From the NCBI GenBank assembly GCA_016192455.1, contig JACPUC010000003.1:62001-126000 (forward strand): DNA of 64,000 nucleotides, read 5' to 3'. This DNA is from Candidatus Tectimicrobiota bacterium (GTDB taxonomy: Bacteria > JACPUC01). Below, one piece after another: positions 48,359 to 59,241 of this stretch (positions are counted from its first letter, which is position 1; each line of letters opens with the position of its first letter). Under the pieces are notes generated by a model. It ran no database searches. It had not been told where the DNA came from and saw only the letters and a list, made by a program, of their open reading frames with translations. A program made the translations under genes and the position numbers.

Positions 48359-49426
48359 TCAGAATTGCAGCAGGGCGCCCTCGGCGCAGAGTCCGGGGCC
48401 CAGGGCCGCCATCACCCCCAGCTCGCCGGGACGGGGGGGATCGCTGCCCAGGACGCGCTCCAGAACGAAGAGCACCGTGGGGGACGACATGTTCCCGTAG
48501 TGGTAGAGGATGTGCTGCGACGCCGCGAGCTGGTCGTCCCGCAGGCCGAGGTGATGCTTGATGCTCTCGATCACCCGCACGCCGCCGGGGTGCAGCACCC
48601 AGCGCGCCACCCTGCTTGCCTCCACGCCCCGCGCATCGAGGAGGCGCTTCACCAGGTCCTGCACCACCGGGCCGCTGATGGTGCGCAGCTCCTTCGACAG
48701 GCGAATGCGATGCCGCCCATCGATGGTGTCGAAGCCCACGTGGCCGAGGTACTCCGGGTACAGCGCCGAGGCGAAGCCGAGGACGGTGGCGCCGCGGCTC
48801 TCGGGCGCGGCGGCGGGGCGCGCCCGAGAGCCGCTCGGCGCCAGCAGGGCCGCGGCGGCGCCGTCGGCGCAGAGGGCGTTGCCGATGACCGTCTCCAGGG
48901 AGGCGTCCTTGTAATAGGCCGCGGAACAGACCTCCACGGCCACCGCCAGGGCGGGCCCGCCGTTAGCCCGCGCGAAGTCGCCGGCGCGTTGCAGGGCCGG
49001 CAGGGCGCCGGCGCAGCCGTGGCCGACGATATCGGTATGTTGCAAGTGGTGCGGGAACTCGAGGGCGCCCATGAGGCGCGCCGAGAGTCCCGGGCAGACA
49101 TAGCCGGTGCTCGTCGCGACGGCGAGGAACTCGACCTGCCGCGGCTCGATGCCGGCGCGCCCCAGGCAGCGCTCAATCGCCTCTTTGGCGAGGCTGACGC
49201 TCCCCTCCGTGAACCGCCGGAGGAGGAAGTTGGGGTCTTCGTACGAGGGCGCCGTCTCGGCGTTGACCCTGTACAGGTGGCGGTAGCCGATCTCCGTGTT
49301 CAGGAAGAACTTGCGGATGGCGGCGCTGCGGTAGCCGATGAGCTCGTAGACCTCCTGCTGGCTGAATCGTTCCGCCGGCACGGCAACGCCGAGGTGGGTG
49401 ATGCGCGCCTGAACGTCACCACGCAT
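48359..49426 (-). CDS. Type III polyketide synthase
   Basis: Catalytic triad GHGCAG, LHPGG, YGNMSS; VEVCS, ADGAAA, GPG. Confidence 0.9.
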   Translation of the reverse strand: MRGDVQARITHLGVAVPAERFSQQEVYELIGYRSAAIRKFFLNTEIGYRHLYRVNAETAPSYEDPNFLLRRFTEGSVSLAKEAIERCLGRAGIEPRQVEFLAVATSTGYVCPGLSARLMGALEFPHHLQHTDIVGHGCAGALPALQRAGDFARANGGPALAVAVEVCSAAYYKDASLETVIGNALCADGAAAALLAPSGSRARPAAAPESRGATVLGFASALYPEYLGHVGFDTIDGRHRIRLSKELRTISGPVVQDLVKRLLDARGVEASRVARWVLHPGGVRVIESIKHHLGLRDDQLAASQHILYHYGNMSSPTVLFVLERVLGSDPPRPGELGVMAALGPGLCAEGALLQF

Positions 49427-50267
49427 GCTGCTCTCCAGCCTGGGATGAGGAGGCCGTCCCCACGGGTTCGGCGGCGAATCCCATCGGCGGGGGCGGGCGC
49501 CGCAGGGTCAGGACCGCCCGATACGGAAAGTGCCGGTGCAGGACGTAGCCCTCGGCCGCCAGCGCCGCGGCGAGGCGGCGCCACTCCGCGGGCGAGAAGC
49601 TGTTGCGCACCGAAGCCGGGCCGTCGGCGCGCGTCAGCCGATTGCGCGTCGTCGCGCGCACGATCGCCTGCACGCCGCGGTACGGCAGCCAGTGGCGCAC
49701 GAGGTCCTCGACAATGACGGCGCGCCGCGCCAGGCGCGCCAGGCTGCGCAGCAGCGCCCTTCCCTCCCCGTCCTCGAAATGGTGCAGCGCCTGGGAGCAG
49801 AGCACCACATCGACGCTGCCGTCGCGCAGCGGCAGGGCGCGCGCATCCGCCCGCAGGAGCCGCACGCCGGCGGCGGGCAGCCCTGAGCTGGTCGGCCGCG
49901 CGGCTCCATGCAGGAGCTCCCTGGCGGCGCGCAGCACCAACGCATTGGCATCCAGGCCGATGCAGGTGAGACGCAGGCCGCGCCGGGCGCCCCACTTCGC
50001 CAGGTGCTGCGGGATGTCCGCCGATCCCGTGGCGAGGTCGAGGATCGTCCAGCGCCGCCGCGGCTCGGCCAGGAGCAAGGGCGCCAGGTGGCGCATGAGG
50101 AACCGGCGGCCCCCCAGCCAGCGGTTGTAGCGGCGGATGTCCAGGAGGTTCTCGTAGAGCTCGGGATAGGAGGAGAGGGGCTGGTCGATGAGCTCAGGCA
50201 GCCGGGCGCGCCCCGCCTCCCCCCCTCCCTCTCTCGCCCCCAGCCGCGCAAGCAGACGGTGAAACAT
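49416..50267 (-). CDS. SAM-dependent methyltransferase associated with the type III PKS
   Basis: ELID, N.WLGG, ILDLATGSAD, LHHF, DL.R, DG..SV...F; 11-bp overlap with the PKS. Confidence 0.85.
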   Translation of the reverse strand: MFHRLLARLGAREGGGEAGRARLPELIDQPLSSYPELYENLLDIRRYNRWLGGRRFLMRHLAPLLLAEPRRRWTILDLATGSADIPQHLAKWGARRGLRLTCIGLDANALVLRAARELLHGAARPTSSGLPAAGVRLLRADARALPLRDGSVDVVLCSQALHHFEDGEGRALLRSLARLARRAVIVEDLVRHWLPYRGVQAIVRATTRNRLTRADGPASVRNSFSPAEWRRLAAALAAEGYVLHRHFPYRAVLTLRRPPPPMGFAAEPVGTASSSQAGEQHAW

Positions 50268-50589
50268 CCAGGCCCCCTCCTCCCAGCCCGGGCGCAGGCG
50301 CGACCCACGGCGGGCTCGCGCGCGCAGGCCGGCGCCGCGCCGGGGTTCGCCCGCGGTCTTCGTCGGCAGTCGGGGTCGATGGCGGGGAGATCACCCACCT
50401 GCCTGCCGCCTCGCCGGCCTCGGCGGAGCAGACAGGGCGGAGTCGGGGTGCGCCAGGTCTCCGCAACGCTCTGCCGCCGCGGCCGCCCGACCGCGCTCAT
50501 CCCACCCGGTGGGTTCGGCGGGCGGCGCCGGCGGTTCAGCCGCGAGCGGACGGCGCAGCAAGGAAGCAGGCAGGCAGGGGCGCGGCACG

Positions 50590-51387
50590 CTACGTCGTTG
50601 CCGCCAGGTTGATCTCAGGACGCCAGCTCGTCAAGCGCTTCTCGAAGAATTTGAAGATGCCCATCTCCAGCACCAGCATGACGAGCGCGAAGCCGACGGT
50701 CCAGGCGAGCACCAGTTTCATCGAGAAGAGCTCGAAGGCGTAGTTGATCATGAAGCCGACGCCGTTGCTCAACCCCAGCATCTCGGAGAGCACCACGACC
50801 TTCCAGGAGAGGGCGAAGCCAAAGCGCAGGGCGGCGAAGAGGTAAGGGACGAGCTGCGGCAGGATGATGCTGAAGATGATCTGCGGCTTGCTCGCCTGGA
50901 AGGCCTGCCCCATCTCGATGAGGTCCTTGTCCAGCGCCTTCGTTCCCTGCCACACGTTGATCGTGATGATGGGAGCGATGATGATGAAGATGGCGAACCA
51001 GGCCGCCAGGTCCGAGATGCCGAACCAGAGCAGGGCGATGATCGACCAGGCCAAACCGGGGATCGTCAGGCCGACGAGGATCGCCTCCTCGAAGTACCTC
51101 TCGGCGAGGCGGTTCACGCCCATCATGATGCCGAGCCCCAGACTGACGAGGAAGGCCCAGATGAAGCCGACGATCACCCGCACCAGGGTATGGTACATGT
51201 GGAAGAAGAAGCTGCCGTCGGCAAAGAGCTTGTACACCTCGCCGAGCACGATGAAAGGACCGGGGATGAACGCGGGGGGGAAGAAGAAGGAGATGATCTG
51301 CCAGACGAGGATGATGGTGGCGAACATCGACAGGCGGACAAGGTGATGCTTGCTTGTTGAGGTGCGCATGCTCTCCTGCTCCTCCAT
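50590..51387 (-). CDS. NitT/TauT-type ABC permease (no partner genes adjacent)
   Basis: TM segments, L.EM...F, SWKVVVLSEMLG.SNGVG. Confidence 0.88.
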   Translation of the reverse strand: MEEQESMRTSTSKHHLVRLSMFATIILVWQIISFFFPPAFIPGPFIVLGEVYKLFADGSFFFHMYHTLVRVIVGFIWAFLVSLGLGIMMGVNRLAERYFEEAILVGLTIPGLAWSIIALLWFGISDLAAWFAIFIIIAPIITINVWQGTKALDKDLIEMGQAFQASKPQIIFSIILPQLVPYLFAALRFGFALSWKVVVLSEMLGLSNGVGFMINYAFELFSMKLVLAWTVGFALVMLVLEMGIFKFFEKRLTSWRPEINLAATT

Positions 51388-51888
51388 GCGTGCGTCGTGG
51401 GGAGCGTCGGCGCCCCTGCCGGGAGCGCCCGTAGTCGGGGCGGCGCCCCGCGAGTTCTTCGTCAGGGCGCCCCCTGGCGCTGCCGCTCCTCACCGCCGGC
51501 GCAGCCGCAAGCGCCCAGCCACCCTTGCGGCGCGGTGATTCTTCCCCGCGCAACCACAGGACGATGTTCCATCGCTCAGGCTCGTCGCCCCCGCATGAGC
51601 CCTGCTCCTCTCCGACCCTGCCCGGCGCCCCCGCTCACCCTGGCGGCCGACGCCGCGTCCGCCCGGTCGGGACGCGCCATGACGCCGCCGTCGCGGGAAC
51701 GCTCTCCGCGCCTCAAGGCCTCTTTCGGCTCGCCACTTTCACTCACTATACGGAAGCGGCGCGAGCAGTGTCAATTCTCTATCCTGGGGCAAGCGGCGCC
51801 CTCGCCGGCAAAGAGCCTGCGCACCGGACGGCGCCGGCGGCGCAGCGGCGGCGGCCGGCGATGACCGGCGAACGAGGCCGCCCAGCCG

Positions 51889-52119
51889 CTAGCGGTTGGC
51901 GCGCTGCAGGCCCCGCACTGCTTCGGCCAGGCGTTCCAGCGCCTGCGCCTGCCGACTCGTGGCCTCGGAGATGCCCTTCACCGCATCAACGAGCGCCTGC
52001 GACAGCCCGAAGGAAAACTGCGCCTCGGCGGGCCGCGGACCACCCCGCGCCAGCAGGTTGGCCACCAGGGCGAGGAAGATGAGGGTCAGGAGCGCCTGCG
52101 TCAGACGGCTGCCGTGCAT
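51889..52119 (-). CDS. Small exported or membrane-anchored hypothetical protein (76 aa)
   Basis: AAGGAGA RBS, hydrophobic helix, AEA-Q cleavage-like site, amphipathic helical tail. Confidence 0.6.
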   Translation of the reverse strand: MHGSRLTQALLTLIFLALVANLLARGGPRPAEAQFSFGLSQALVDAVKGISEATSRQAQALERLAEAVRGLQRANR

Positions 52120-52267
52120 ATCGATCTCCTTGCCATTGAGGTGCGGCGATGCGCTTGCGCGCCCCCGGCGGCCGCCGGCGGGCATGCAGGCCGCGCCGGG
52201 CGCCCCGCCGCCACCGCGCGGGGCGTGTGCCGGGCCGGCTCGAAGGCCGCCTGGGCGGAGTCCCGTT

Positions 52268-52693
52268 TCAGGGGGGCGAGCCGCCGAGCAGGTGGCAGAG
52301 CTCGACGTCGGGGTGCGCGGCATCGTAAGGCTGGTCGTAGTACGACAGGAGGTAGATGACGTGCTCATCGATGTTGCGCACGGCGTGGCCAAGGCCGGCG
52401 GGAATCTCCACCACGGTGAGCTCCGCGGCCGAGAGCTCGAACTCCTCCCCGCCGTCGGCACCTTCGACGCGCCAGGCGGAACGCCCGCCCCACACGAAGA
52501 TCAGCTCATTCAGGCGCCGGTGCCGGTGGTTGCCGCGCACCGCGCCCGGCGCGATGGAGGCCAGGTGGAGGTGGCCGAACGGCCCGGCCGCGTACTGCGG
52601 CGGGATGGGGTTGACGACCCAGCCGCGCGCATCGACGAAGTGGCCGGCGCCGAGGCTGTGGCGTGTCACCCTGCGCCAGGCGGCCTTCGCCAT
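52268..52693 (-). CDS. Cupin domain protein (WxcM/CapF C-terminal-like)
   Basis: DARG, PGAVRGNH.H....E, IPAG..H...N, D...PD. Confidence 0.75.
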   Translation of the reverse strand: MAKAAWRRVTRHSLGAGHFVDARGWVVNPIPPQYAAGPFGHLHLASIAPGAVRGNHRHRRLNELIFVWGGRSAWRVEGADGGEEFELSAAELTVVEIPAGLGHAVRNIDEHVIYLLSYYDQPYDAAHPDVELCHLLGGSPP

Positions 52694-52813
52694 CTCCCCT
52701 CCGTTTCGGCGCTCAGGCCGAACCCACCCGAGACACAGGGCGCGGCCCCCGGCGGCTCCCGCGTCCCGCTGTCCTCGCCCTTTTCACCCCCGCGCACGGG
52801 CGCCCCGCGAGCG

Positions 52814-53272
52814 CTACCCGGCGCCGCCGCGGAACCCTCCCAGGGTGGTGCTCAGCTCCGCGCTGTCATAGAGCATCGCGTACATGCCGAGCTTCTCCTC
52901 GTAGAGGGCGCTCGGCACCTCATCCTTCAGAGCGGCTTCAAGGATGTGGAAGACAGGGAGTCCCAACGAGACCCCCGCCAAGGGCCCGGCGTAGGCGGGG
53001 TCGCCACTTGTCACCGTCTCCGCGGCGATCTTGATGGCTTCCAGTTCGCCCGCCCCCAGGACCACCACCAGGTCCGCAGCGCCGTGTTCATCGACGAGCT
53101 GCTTGATGGTGCCCTGGTTCTCCAGGTCCATGGCGCCGGCCGCCGTTCAGACGAAGCACTCGGTGGTCTGGTACACGACCTCGGCGCCGGCCGCCGCGGC
53201 AAGCTCGGCAATCACCGGCCCGGGAACGCCGTCGCGCTCGCCGATGGCGATAACCTTCTTCCCTTTCAGCAT
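52814..53272 (-). CDS. grdA: Glycine/sarcosine/betaine reductase complex selenoprotein A (UGA at 53147-53149 read as Sec), 152 aa
   Basis: [19 protein letters not shown]...[17 protein letters not shown]...[21 protein letters not shown] is the canonical GrdA pattern; the ORF track shows only the part after UGA. Confidence 0.93.
53113..53126 (-). promoter_or_regulatory. Candidate SECIS hairpin of grdA
   Basis: CCUGG-AGAA-CCAGG; loop starts 25 nt after UGA with G at loop position 2. Confidence 0.6.
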
Positions 53273-53348
53273 CGTTCGCTCTCCTTCCTAGCTGGGGTAT
53301 CCGCGTGGCGCGCCGTGGCGCCCGCGCTTGCCTCCTTCCACCGCCTCC

Positions 53349-54812
53349 CTACGCGACCTCCTCCCGCGCCTCCAAAATAAACGACATGCCGTCGGCAAGC
53401 TGCGTCATGCGCCCGAGGAAGAGACTGCCCTTGGCGATGAACATGGCGCGTCGCAGCCGGCCCTCCCGCAGCGCCGGCAGGGCGTGCGCCACGTAGGGCA
53501 CGGCGGCGGGCACGTGCCCCTGGGTGGGCGCGAAGCCGACCATGCCGCGCCGCGCCACGAAGGCGTCGATGTCGCCGCGTTCGATCTCGCCGCGCATGGC
53601 CGCGATGGCCGCCAGCATGCGGTAGTTGGCGCGCGGCACGTTGCCGCTCCCCGCCGGCTCGGTGATCTCCGGGTTGTGCAGCTCGACGGCGTAGCGATCG
53701 ACGTCGCACAAGCCCAGCCCATGGCGCCGCAAGGGCTCGACCACGAGGGCCTCCAGCATCCCCTGCGGCGAGGCGCCGTAGCTGACGTTGTGCTTGCCGA
53801 CCGCATCGAGCCGGAGCCGCGGGCTGCGGCCATCATCAGGGCCCACCCAGAAGGCCATGGCGGCCAGGCAGTCCTCCAGGATGGGCATCTCCTTCTCGAG
53901 GTGCCCCATGCACTTCATGCCGAGCTTCGCCAGCGAGCCGCCCCCCACCACCACGACGTTCTCGAACACCCCGGCCTGCACGAGCGCCGCCGCGTGCACG
54001 AGGGCATACACCGGCCCGGCGCAAAAGGCCTTCACGTCCGAGCCCGAGGCGTTGACGCAGCCGACCTCCTCGGCGATGGCCTTGGCGAGGTTGCCGCCGC
54101 CGCGGTTATAGCGGTCGCCCACCGCCTCCTCGGAACAGCTCAACAGGTAGCTCACCGCGCCCGGCTCGACCTCCAGCCGCTGCAGGAGATGGCGCAGGGC
54201 GAGGGCGCCGGAGGCTTTCGTGGCGAGGTTTTCCAGCAGCACCTCGCACCAGAGGCTGGGGTCGATCTCGTGCGCGCGGCGGATGCAGCCGACGACCTCG
54301 CCGCCGTGCTCGAGCGGCATCGCCGCGCCGCGCTCGATCTGCGCCAGGATGGCGGCCAGGTCGCGGCCCTTCGGTTTCGTTCCCCCGGCGCCCTCGCCGG
54401 CGCCCGCCGCCGCCAACAGGGGGTGCTCACGAAGCTGCGGCTCGGCCTGGCGCAGGAACTCCTCGCGCAGCCACAAGAGATCGAACTGGTCGGCGCGCCT
54501 CAGGAGGCAGTAGAACTCCTCCTCCGGCATGATCTCGCCGAAGGCGCCGAAACGGCGCGCCTCGGGCACGGGCTTGGCGTACCAGGGGCGATCGGCCTCC
54601 TTCAGCGCCTCCGGGGCCGCGTTGCCAAGGAAGACCTGGTTGGGCAGGTAGGCCAGGGCGGCGGCGTAGTCCCGCAGCCGCGGCCGCAGGCGCGCCAGCA
54701 GCTCGCCGTTCGACTGCTGCACCTCGCGGAACGGCTTCGAGCCGTAGCGCACCAGGTTCGGCATGTGCGCCAGAACCAAGGCAGCCTCTCGAATGACGGG
54801 GAACGTTCTCAT
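53349..54812 (-). CDS. grdC: Glycine/sarcosine/betaine reductase component C, beta subunit
   Basis: FPV....LAH.P, LENL..KASG, CSEEA.GD..RGGGN.AKAIAE, FCAGP, AKLGM, ELHNPEIT.PAG.G.VP..NY, PTQGH, KGSLFLGRMT.L.DG.S. Confidence 0.9.
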   Translation of the reverse strand: MRTFPVIREAALVLAHMPNLVRYGSKPFREVQQSNGELLARLRPRLRDYAAALAYLPNQVFLGNAAPEALKEADRPWYAKPVPEARRFGAFGEIMPEEEFYCLLRRADQFDLLWLREEFLRQAEPQLREHPLLAAAGAGEGAGGTKPKGRDLAAILAQIERGAAMPLEHGGEVVGCIRRAHEIDPSLWCEVLLENLATKASGALALRHLLQRLEVEPGAVSYLLSCSEEAVGDRYNRGGGNLAKAIAEEVGCVNASGSDVKAFCAGPVYALVHAAALVQAGVFENVVVVGGGSLAKLGMKCMGHLEKEMPILEDCLAAMAFWVGPDDGRSPRLRLDAVGKHNVSYGASPQGMLEALVVEPLRRHGLGLCDVDRYAVELHNPEITEPAGSGNVPRANYRMLAAIAAMRGEIERGDIDAFVARRGMVGFAPTQGHVPAAVPYVAHALPALREGRLRRAMFIAKGSLFLGRMTQLADGMSFILEAREEVA

Positions 54813-54917
54813 CTTCAGCTCATGGTCTGCTGCATCAGCGTTGCGCGGCAAGCCTCGGGTTGAGGGGCGCGGCCACCCTTCTCACTCCAGCACGCCGCGC
54901 CCCAAGGGAGAGCGAGC

Positions 54918-56141
54918 CTAGGCCAGCACTCGGTGCACGGAACGGCGCGGCGTCGGCAGGGCGGGCAGGGTCGGGTAGCCGAGGCGGAAGATCATCAGCG
55001 GCTTCCATCTCGGCTCGCCGATGAGCTCCTCCAGCGCCTTGCCGATGGTGGGCTCGACGCCCAGCACCGCTTCGCGCTCGGCGCGCTCGATGGCCTGGTT
55101 CATCGGCTGCATGGCGAGGTCCTGGGTGGTTCCCCACAAGTGCAGGCGCTGCCAAAGCCTGCCGCAGCGCAGCCAGCGTGCCGCCTCCGTCGCCCGCACC
55201 CCGCCGCCGCCGCTGGCGCCGCGAGGCGTCAGCTCGCCTCCCAGCCCCGCCAGAACCCCGAAGACGCTCGCCGTGGCCGTCTGCCGCTCGCGCGTCGCCC
55301 GCTGCCACAAATCCCGCACCCTCGCAGGGTCCGGCGTCGGCAACCACTTCGCCAGCGCCCGCTCCTTGGCGGAGAGGCCGAGGGCGTCGACCGTCAAGCC
55401 GTCCGCGAAGGCCTGCATTTCCCGCCAGCGGAAGCGCTCCCACTGCGCGCTGGCGCGCATCACCTCGTCGTCGCGGCGCATCGCCTCGGTCGCCCGCACC
55501 ATCACCTCGGCGAGGCGCCGACGTTTGCCCTCCTCGGCGAACCAGAAGAGCATCAGCTCAGGATCATCGTTCAACCCTCCGAGCGCCTGGAGGGCCGCCT
55601 GGGAGACCGGCCGCGCCATGTCGTAGGGGGCGCGATTGGTGTGCCGGCGCGGGATGGCGGCGTGCAGGGTCGCGGCCGGCGAGCGGCTGCCGGTCGGAGC
55701 GGCGGGAGCTCGCGTCAAGCCGATGGCGGCGGCGTGCTCCAAGCTGGCGGCATCGGGGAGATAGGCGACGTTGGCCAGAAACCCGTCAACCTGCGCCGCC
55801 AGGTGCAGGTTTTCGAGTGCGCAGCCGAGGCCGAGGTAGAGCTCGCGACGGAAGGGATCGAGCGGCCCGAGGCTGCGGCGCGGATCGGCAAACAGGTCAA
55901 GGCGCGAGGCGCTGAGGCGAAAGAGCCAGGGCTGGGTGTTGTGCGGGTTCGCCGCCAGGATGGCGGCGCGCACGTAGACCAGGGGTCCTTCACTGGGGTC
56001 GCCGCGCCAGGTGCTCCAGGGCTCGTAGGCGGGACCCCGGCCGGTGCTGAAGACGCCTCGGTCGGAGGCGCGCCAGACGCCGCCGCCCGCCGCCAGCACC
56101 AGGACCGCACCGGCCCCCTTGAGGATCGTCCTGCGCTTCAT
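54918..56141 (-). CDS. Acg-family nitroreductase-like FMN protein with Tat-like signal
   Basis: MKRRTILKG, LAANPHNTQPW, GCALENL, RRHTNR.PY, FRLGY, TPRR. Confidence 0.82.
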   Translation of the reverse strand: MKRRTILKGAGAVLVLAAGGGVWRASDRGVFSTGRGPAYEPWSTWRGDPSEGPLVYVRAAILAANPHNTQPWLFRLSASRLDLFADPRRSLGPLDPFRRELYLGLGCALENLHLAAQVDGFLANVAYLPDAASLEHAAAIGLTRAPAAPTGSRSPAATLHAAIPRRHTNRAPYDMARPVSQAALQALGGLNDDPELMLFWFAEEGKRRRLAEVMVRATEAMRRDDEVMRASAQWERFRWREMQAFADGLTVDALGLSAKERALAKWLPTPDPARVRDLWQRATRERQTATASVFGVLAGLGGELTPRGASGGGGVRATEAARWLRCGRLWQRLHLWGTTQDLAMQPMNQAIERAEREAVLGVEPTIGKALEELIGEPRWKPLMIFRLGYPTLPALPTPRRSVHRVLA

Positions 56142-56576
56142 CAACGGCGCTCCGCGCCAGCCCGCTCCCACCTTCGGAAGGCGGGGCGGCCCAGCCTCGA
56201 CTTCGCATACCGCTTTGCCCCCAAACCATGGTAGCATCACATGATCGCCGTGGCGGGTCAACGGCGAAACAGGGTGACCGAAGGTCGGGCTGCCTCAGTC
56301 GCCGCGCGTGCGCCTCAGGCGGAACCGCCGCCGGCTGGTCGGGAGCATCCGGGAAGGGATTCATCGCGCCGCGGGCGGGCACACTGCGCGTGGGGCCGGC
56401 TGATCAGCCGCGGTGATCGGCCGGCTTGATGCTCCGCAGCTTGCCTGCGTGCCGATGGCGCGGCGCGGCGCCAGAGGGCATGCAGCCGAGATGAGGGACG
56501 GTCTCCGGAGAGGGGCATGGCGAAGAAGGGAGCGTGACGCGGCACCACCACCTTGGCCAGGGAAAGGGGGAGGGCT

Positions 56577-57008
56577 ATGTTGAAAAACATTTTCGGGAAT
56601 TGGCGCAACGCGGTGCCGGTTTACATGCGCGTCGTGCTGGGGGTGGCGTTTTTCCTGTATGGCTATCAGAAGGTCTTCCGGATCGGCTTCGCGGGGATGA
56701 CGAAGTACTTCGCCACCGTCGTCGGGTTCCCGGTGCCGATGCTCTTCGGCTTCGTGGCGAGCTACCTCGAACTTCTCGGCGGCATCGCGCTCATCATCGG
56801 CTTCCAAACCCGCTGGGTGGCGCTGCTCTTCTGCATTGAGATGCTGGTGGCGATCTTCGGGCGCCACATCACGTACGGCTTCTTCTATGGCCCTCCCAAC
56901 AACCAGGGCTTCGCGAACGTCCTCAACCTCTTGACCATGTCGTTGACGTTGCTCATCCTCGGCTCCGGGCGGTGGTCGGTTGATAAGGCCAAGGGCTGGG
57001 ATGAGTAG
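56577..57008 (+). CDS. DoxX family membrane protein
   Basis: R..LG..F...G.QK, ELLGG..L..G..TR, G.G.WS.D. Confidence 0.88.
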   Translation: MLKNIFGNWRNAVPVYMRVVLGVAFFLYGYQKVFRIGFAGMTKYFATVVGFPVPMLFGFVASYLELLGGIALIIGFQTRWVALLFCIEMLVAIFGRHITYGFFYGPPNNQGFANVLNLLTMSLTLLILGSGRWSVDKAKGWDE

Positions 57009-57146
57009 AGGGCAAGATTGACGGCAGGCTCGCCGCTCCCGCGCGGGGGAGACCAAAAGCCGCGCCGAGCGCGCGGGAGCGGCGGCAGGCGGCGCCTTTC
57101 GCGGTGCGGGAGCGGCGGGGCGAGGGTGCGCGCCGCCGCGGCGCGC

Positions 57147-59213
57147 TCAGTCGAGGAGGCGCGCCAGCGCCGCGGCAGAGTGCACCGGGGCCGAGCAGGC
57201 GAAGCGGTGGCAGACATAGGCCGTGGGCTTGCCGTCGACCTGCCCCTTCCCCGCCAGCGCGGCGGGCAAGCGCGCGCCATTCGGGTCGGCGGGGTCGAGG
57301 CAGACCAGCCAGCGGTTCGGCAGGTAGCGCTGCCGCACGACCTCGAGCATGGACCGCACCGCGGCATCGTCCCGCCCGCCGACGATGACGATCTGCCGCG
57401 GCGTATCGAGGTAGAGGTGCAGGGCGCAGAGCATGTTCCCGAACCCGAAGGGGTTCTGCAGGAACTGCTCGCGGTAGAGGCGGAAAACGCCCTCGGCCAG
57501 GCTGCGGAACCGCTCCTCGCCGGTCAGGGCGTGGAAGCGCAGGAGGTTCTGCGCCGCCACGGAGCTGCCGGACGGGATCGCTTGGTCGGAAGCGCTCTTG
57601 GTGCGCACGATGAGCGGCTCGTGATCCTTGCCGGTGAAGAAGAAGCCGCCGGCGTCCGCATCGTGGAACTGGGCGATCATCGTCTCGTTGAGCTGCGACG
57701 CCAGGCTGAGGAGATCGCCGTCGCCGGTCGCTTCGTAGGCATCGAGGAGGGCGCCGACGACGTAGGCGTAGTCATCCAGGTAGGCGTTGAGCTTGGCGCG
57801 TCCCTCTTTGTAAGTGCGCAGGAGGAGGCCGTCGCGCAGCATCGTCTCGCGGATGAAGCGCAGGGCGCGCAGGGCGATCTCCAGGTAGCGCGGCTCGTCG
57901 AGGAGGCTGCCGGCGCGCGCGCAGGCGCTGATCATCAGGCCGTTCCAGGCGGTCAGCGCCTTCTCGTCGCGCCCCGGCCAGACGCGCCGGCGGCGCGCCG
58001 CGAAGAGCTTGGCGCGCGCCCGCGCCAGGACAGCCTCGGCGTCCTCCGTGGGGATGCGGAAGAGCTTGCCGAGCTGCTCGACGGTGAGGGTGCGATGCAG
58101 GATGCTGGCGCCGTGCTCGAAGTTGCCCTGCTCCGTGACGTCGTAGAAGCGCGTGAAGAGCTGCCGCTCCTCGTCGTCGAGCAGCTCGGCCACCTGCCGC
58201 GGGGTCCAGACGTAGAACTTCCCCTCCTCGCCCTCGCTGTCGGCGTCCTGGGTTGAGTAGAACGCCCCGCTGGCGGCATCGAGCATCTCGCGGCAGACGT
58301 ACTCCAGCGACTCCACCGCCACGCGGCGCAGCTCGGGGTCGCTGGTGAGCTGGAAGGCATCGAGGTAGAGCTTGATGAGCAGGGCGTTGTCGTAGAGCAT
58401 CTTCTCGAAGTGCGGCACCAGCCAGTGGCTGTCCACCGCGTAGCGATGGAACCCGCCGCCGAGCTGGTCGTAGATGCCGCCCCAGGCCATCTTCTCGAGG
58501 GCCAGGAGGACCATGCGCAGGTAGCGCTCCTCGCCGCTGACCTGGGCGTAGCGCAGGAAGAACTCCAGGCTCATGGGGTTGGGGAACTTCGGCTGAGTGC
58601 CGAAGCCGCCGTGCAGGGAATCGAAGACCTGGGCGAGACGCTCGGCGGCGCTCCGCAGGAGGTCGTCGCCGAGCTCGCCGGGCGCCGCCAGGGGGGTGTT
58701 CTGGCGCTGCAACGCGGCGGTGATCTGCTCGACGCTCTGGAGAATGTCCTCGGGCTGCTCGCGGAAGTGCCGGGCGATCGCCAGGAGAAGGCGCGGGAAC
58801 CCCGGTCGGCCGTAGCGATCCTCGGGTGGAAAGTAGGTGCCGGCGAAGAAGGGCTGCTGCTGGGGCGTCAGGAACATCGTCAGCGGCCAACCGCCGCCGC
58901 CGGTGATCATCTGCGCCACCGTCTGGTAAATGTGGTCGAGATCAGGCCGCTCCTCCCGGTCCACCTTGACGTTCACGAAGTGCTCATTCATCAGCGCGGC
59001 GATCTCTTCGTTTTCGAACGATTCATGCTCCATCACGTGGCACCAGTGGCAGGCGGAGTAACCGATGCTGAGGAGGATCGGTTTGCCCTCGCGCTTGGCC
59101 TTGGCCAGGGCCTCCTCGCCCCAGGGGCGCCAGTCGACGGGGTTGTGCGCGTGTTGCAGGAGGTACGGGCTGGTCTCGCCGGCGAGATGGTTCGTGAAGC
59201 GATGGGCTGGCAT
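57147..59213 (-). CDS. Thioredoxin-domain / alpha-alpha barrel protein (YyaL/SSP411 family)
   Basis: [53 protein letters not shown]. Confidence 0.92.
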   Translation of the reverse strand: MPAHRFTNHLAGETSPYLLQHAHNPVDWRPWGEEALAKAKREGKPILLSIGYSACHWCHVMEHESFENEEIAALMNEHFVNVKVDREERPDLDHIYQTVAQMITGGGGWPLTMFLTPQQQPFFAGTYFPPEDRYGRPGFPRLLLAIARHFREQPEDILQSVEQITAALQRQNTPLAAPGELGDDLLRSAAERLAQVFDSLHGGFGTQPKFPNPMSLEFFLRYAQVSGEERYLRMVLLALEKMAWGGIYDQLGGGFHRYAVDSHWLVPHFEKMLYDNALLIKLYLDAFQLTSDPELRRVAVESLEYVCREMLDAASGAFYSTQDADSEGEEGKFYVWTPRQVAELLDDEERQLFTRFYDVTEQGNFEHGASILHRTLTVEQLGKLFRIPTEDAEAVLARARAKLFAARRRRVWPGRDEKALTAWNGLMISACARAGSLLDEPRYLEIALRALRFIRETMLRDGLLLRTYKEGRAKLNAYLDDYAYVVGALLDAYEATGDGDLLSLASQLNETMIAQFHDADAGGFFFTGKDHEPLIVRTKSASDQAIPSGSSVAAQNLLRFHALTGEERFRSLAEGVFRLYREQFLQNPFGFGNMLCALHLYLDTPRQIVIVGGRDDAAVRSMLEVVRQRYLPNRWLVCLDPADPNGARLPAALAGKGQVDGKPTAYVCHRFACSAPVHSAAALARLLD

Positions 59214-59241
59214 CGTGCGACCTCGGGGTGAACATTCTAAT

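Noticed and set aside
11954-54812. One glycolate-to-glycine-to-acetyl-phosphate pathway linking glcDEF, lpdA and grdAC
   Set aside because: The genes are 15-40 kb apart with no shared operon or motif; the link would be speculation.
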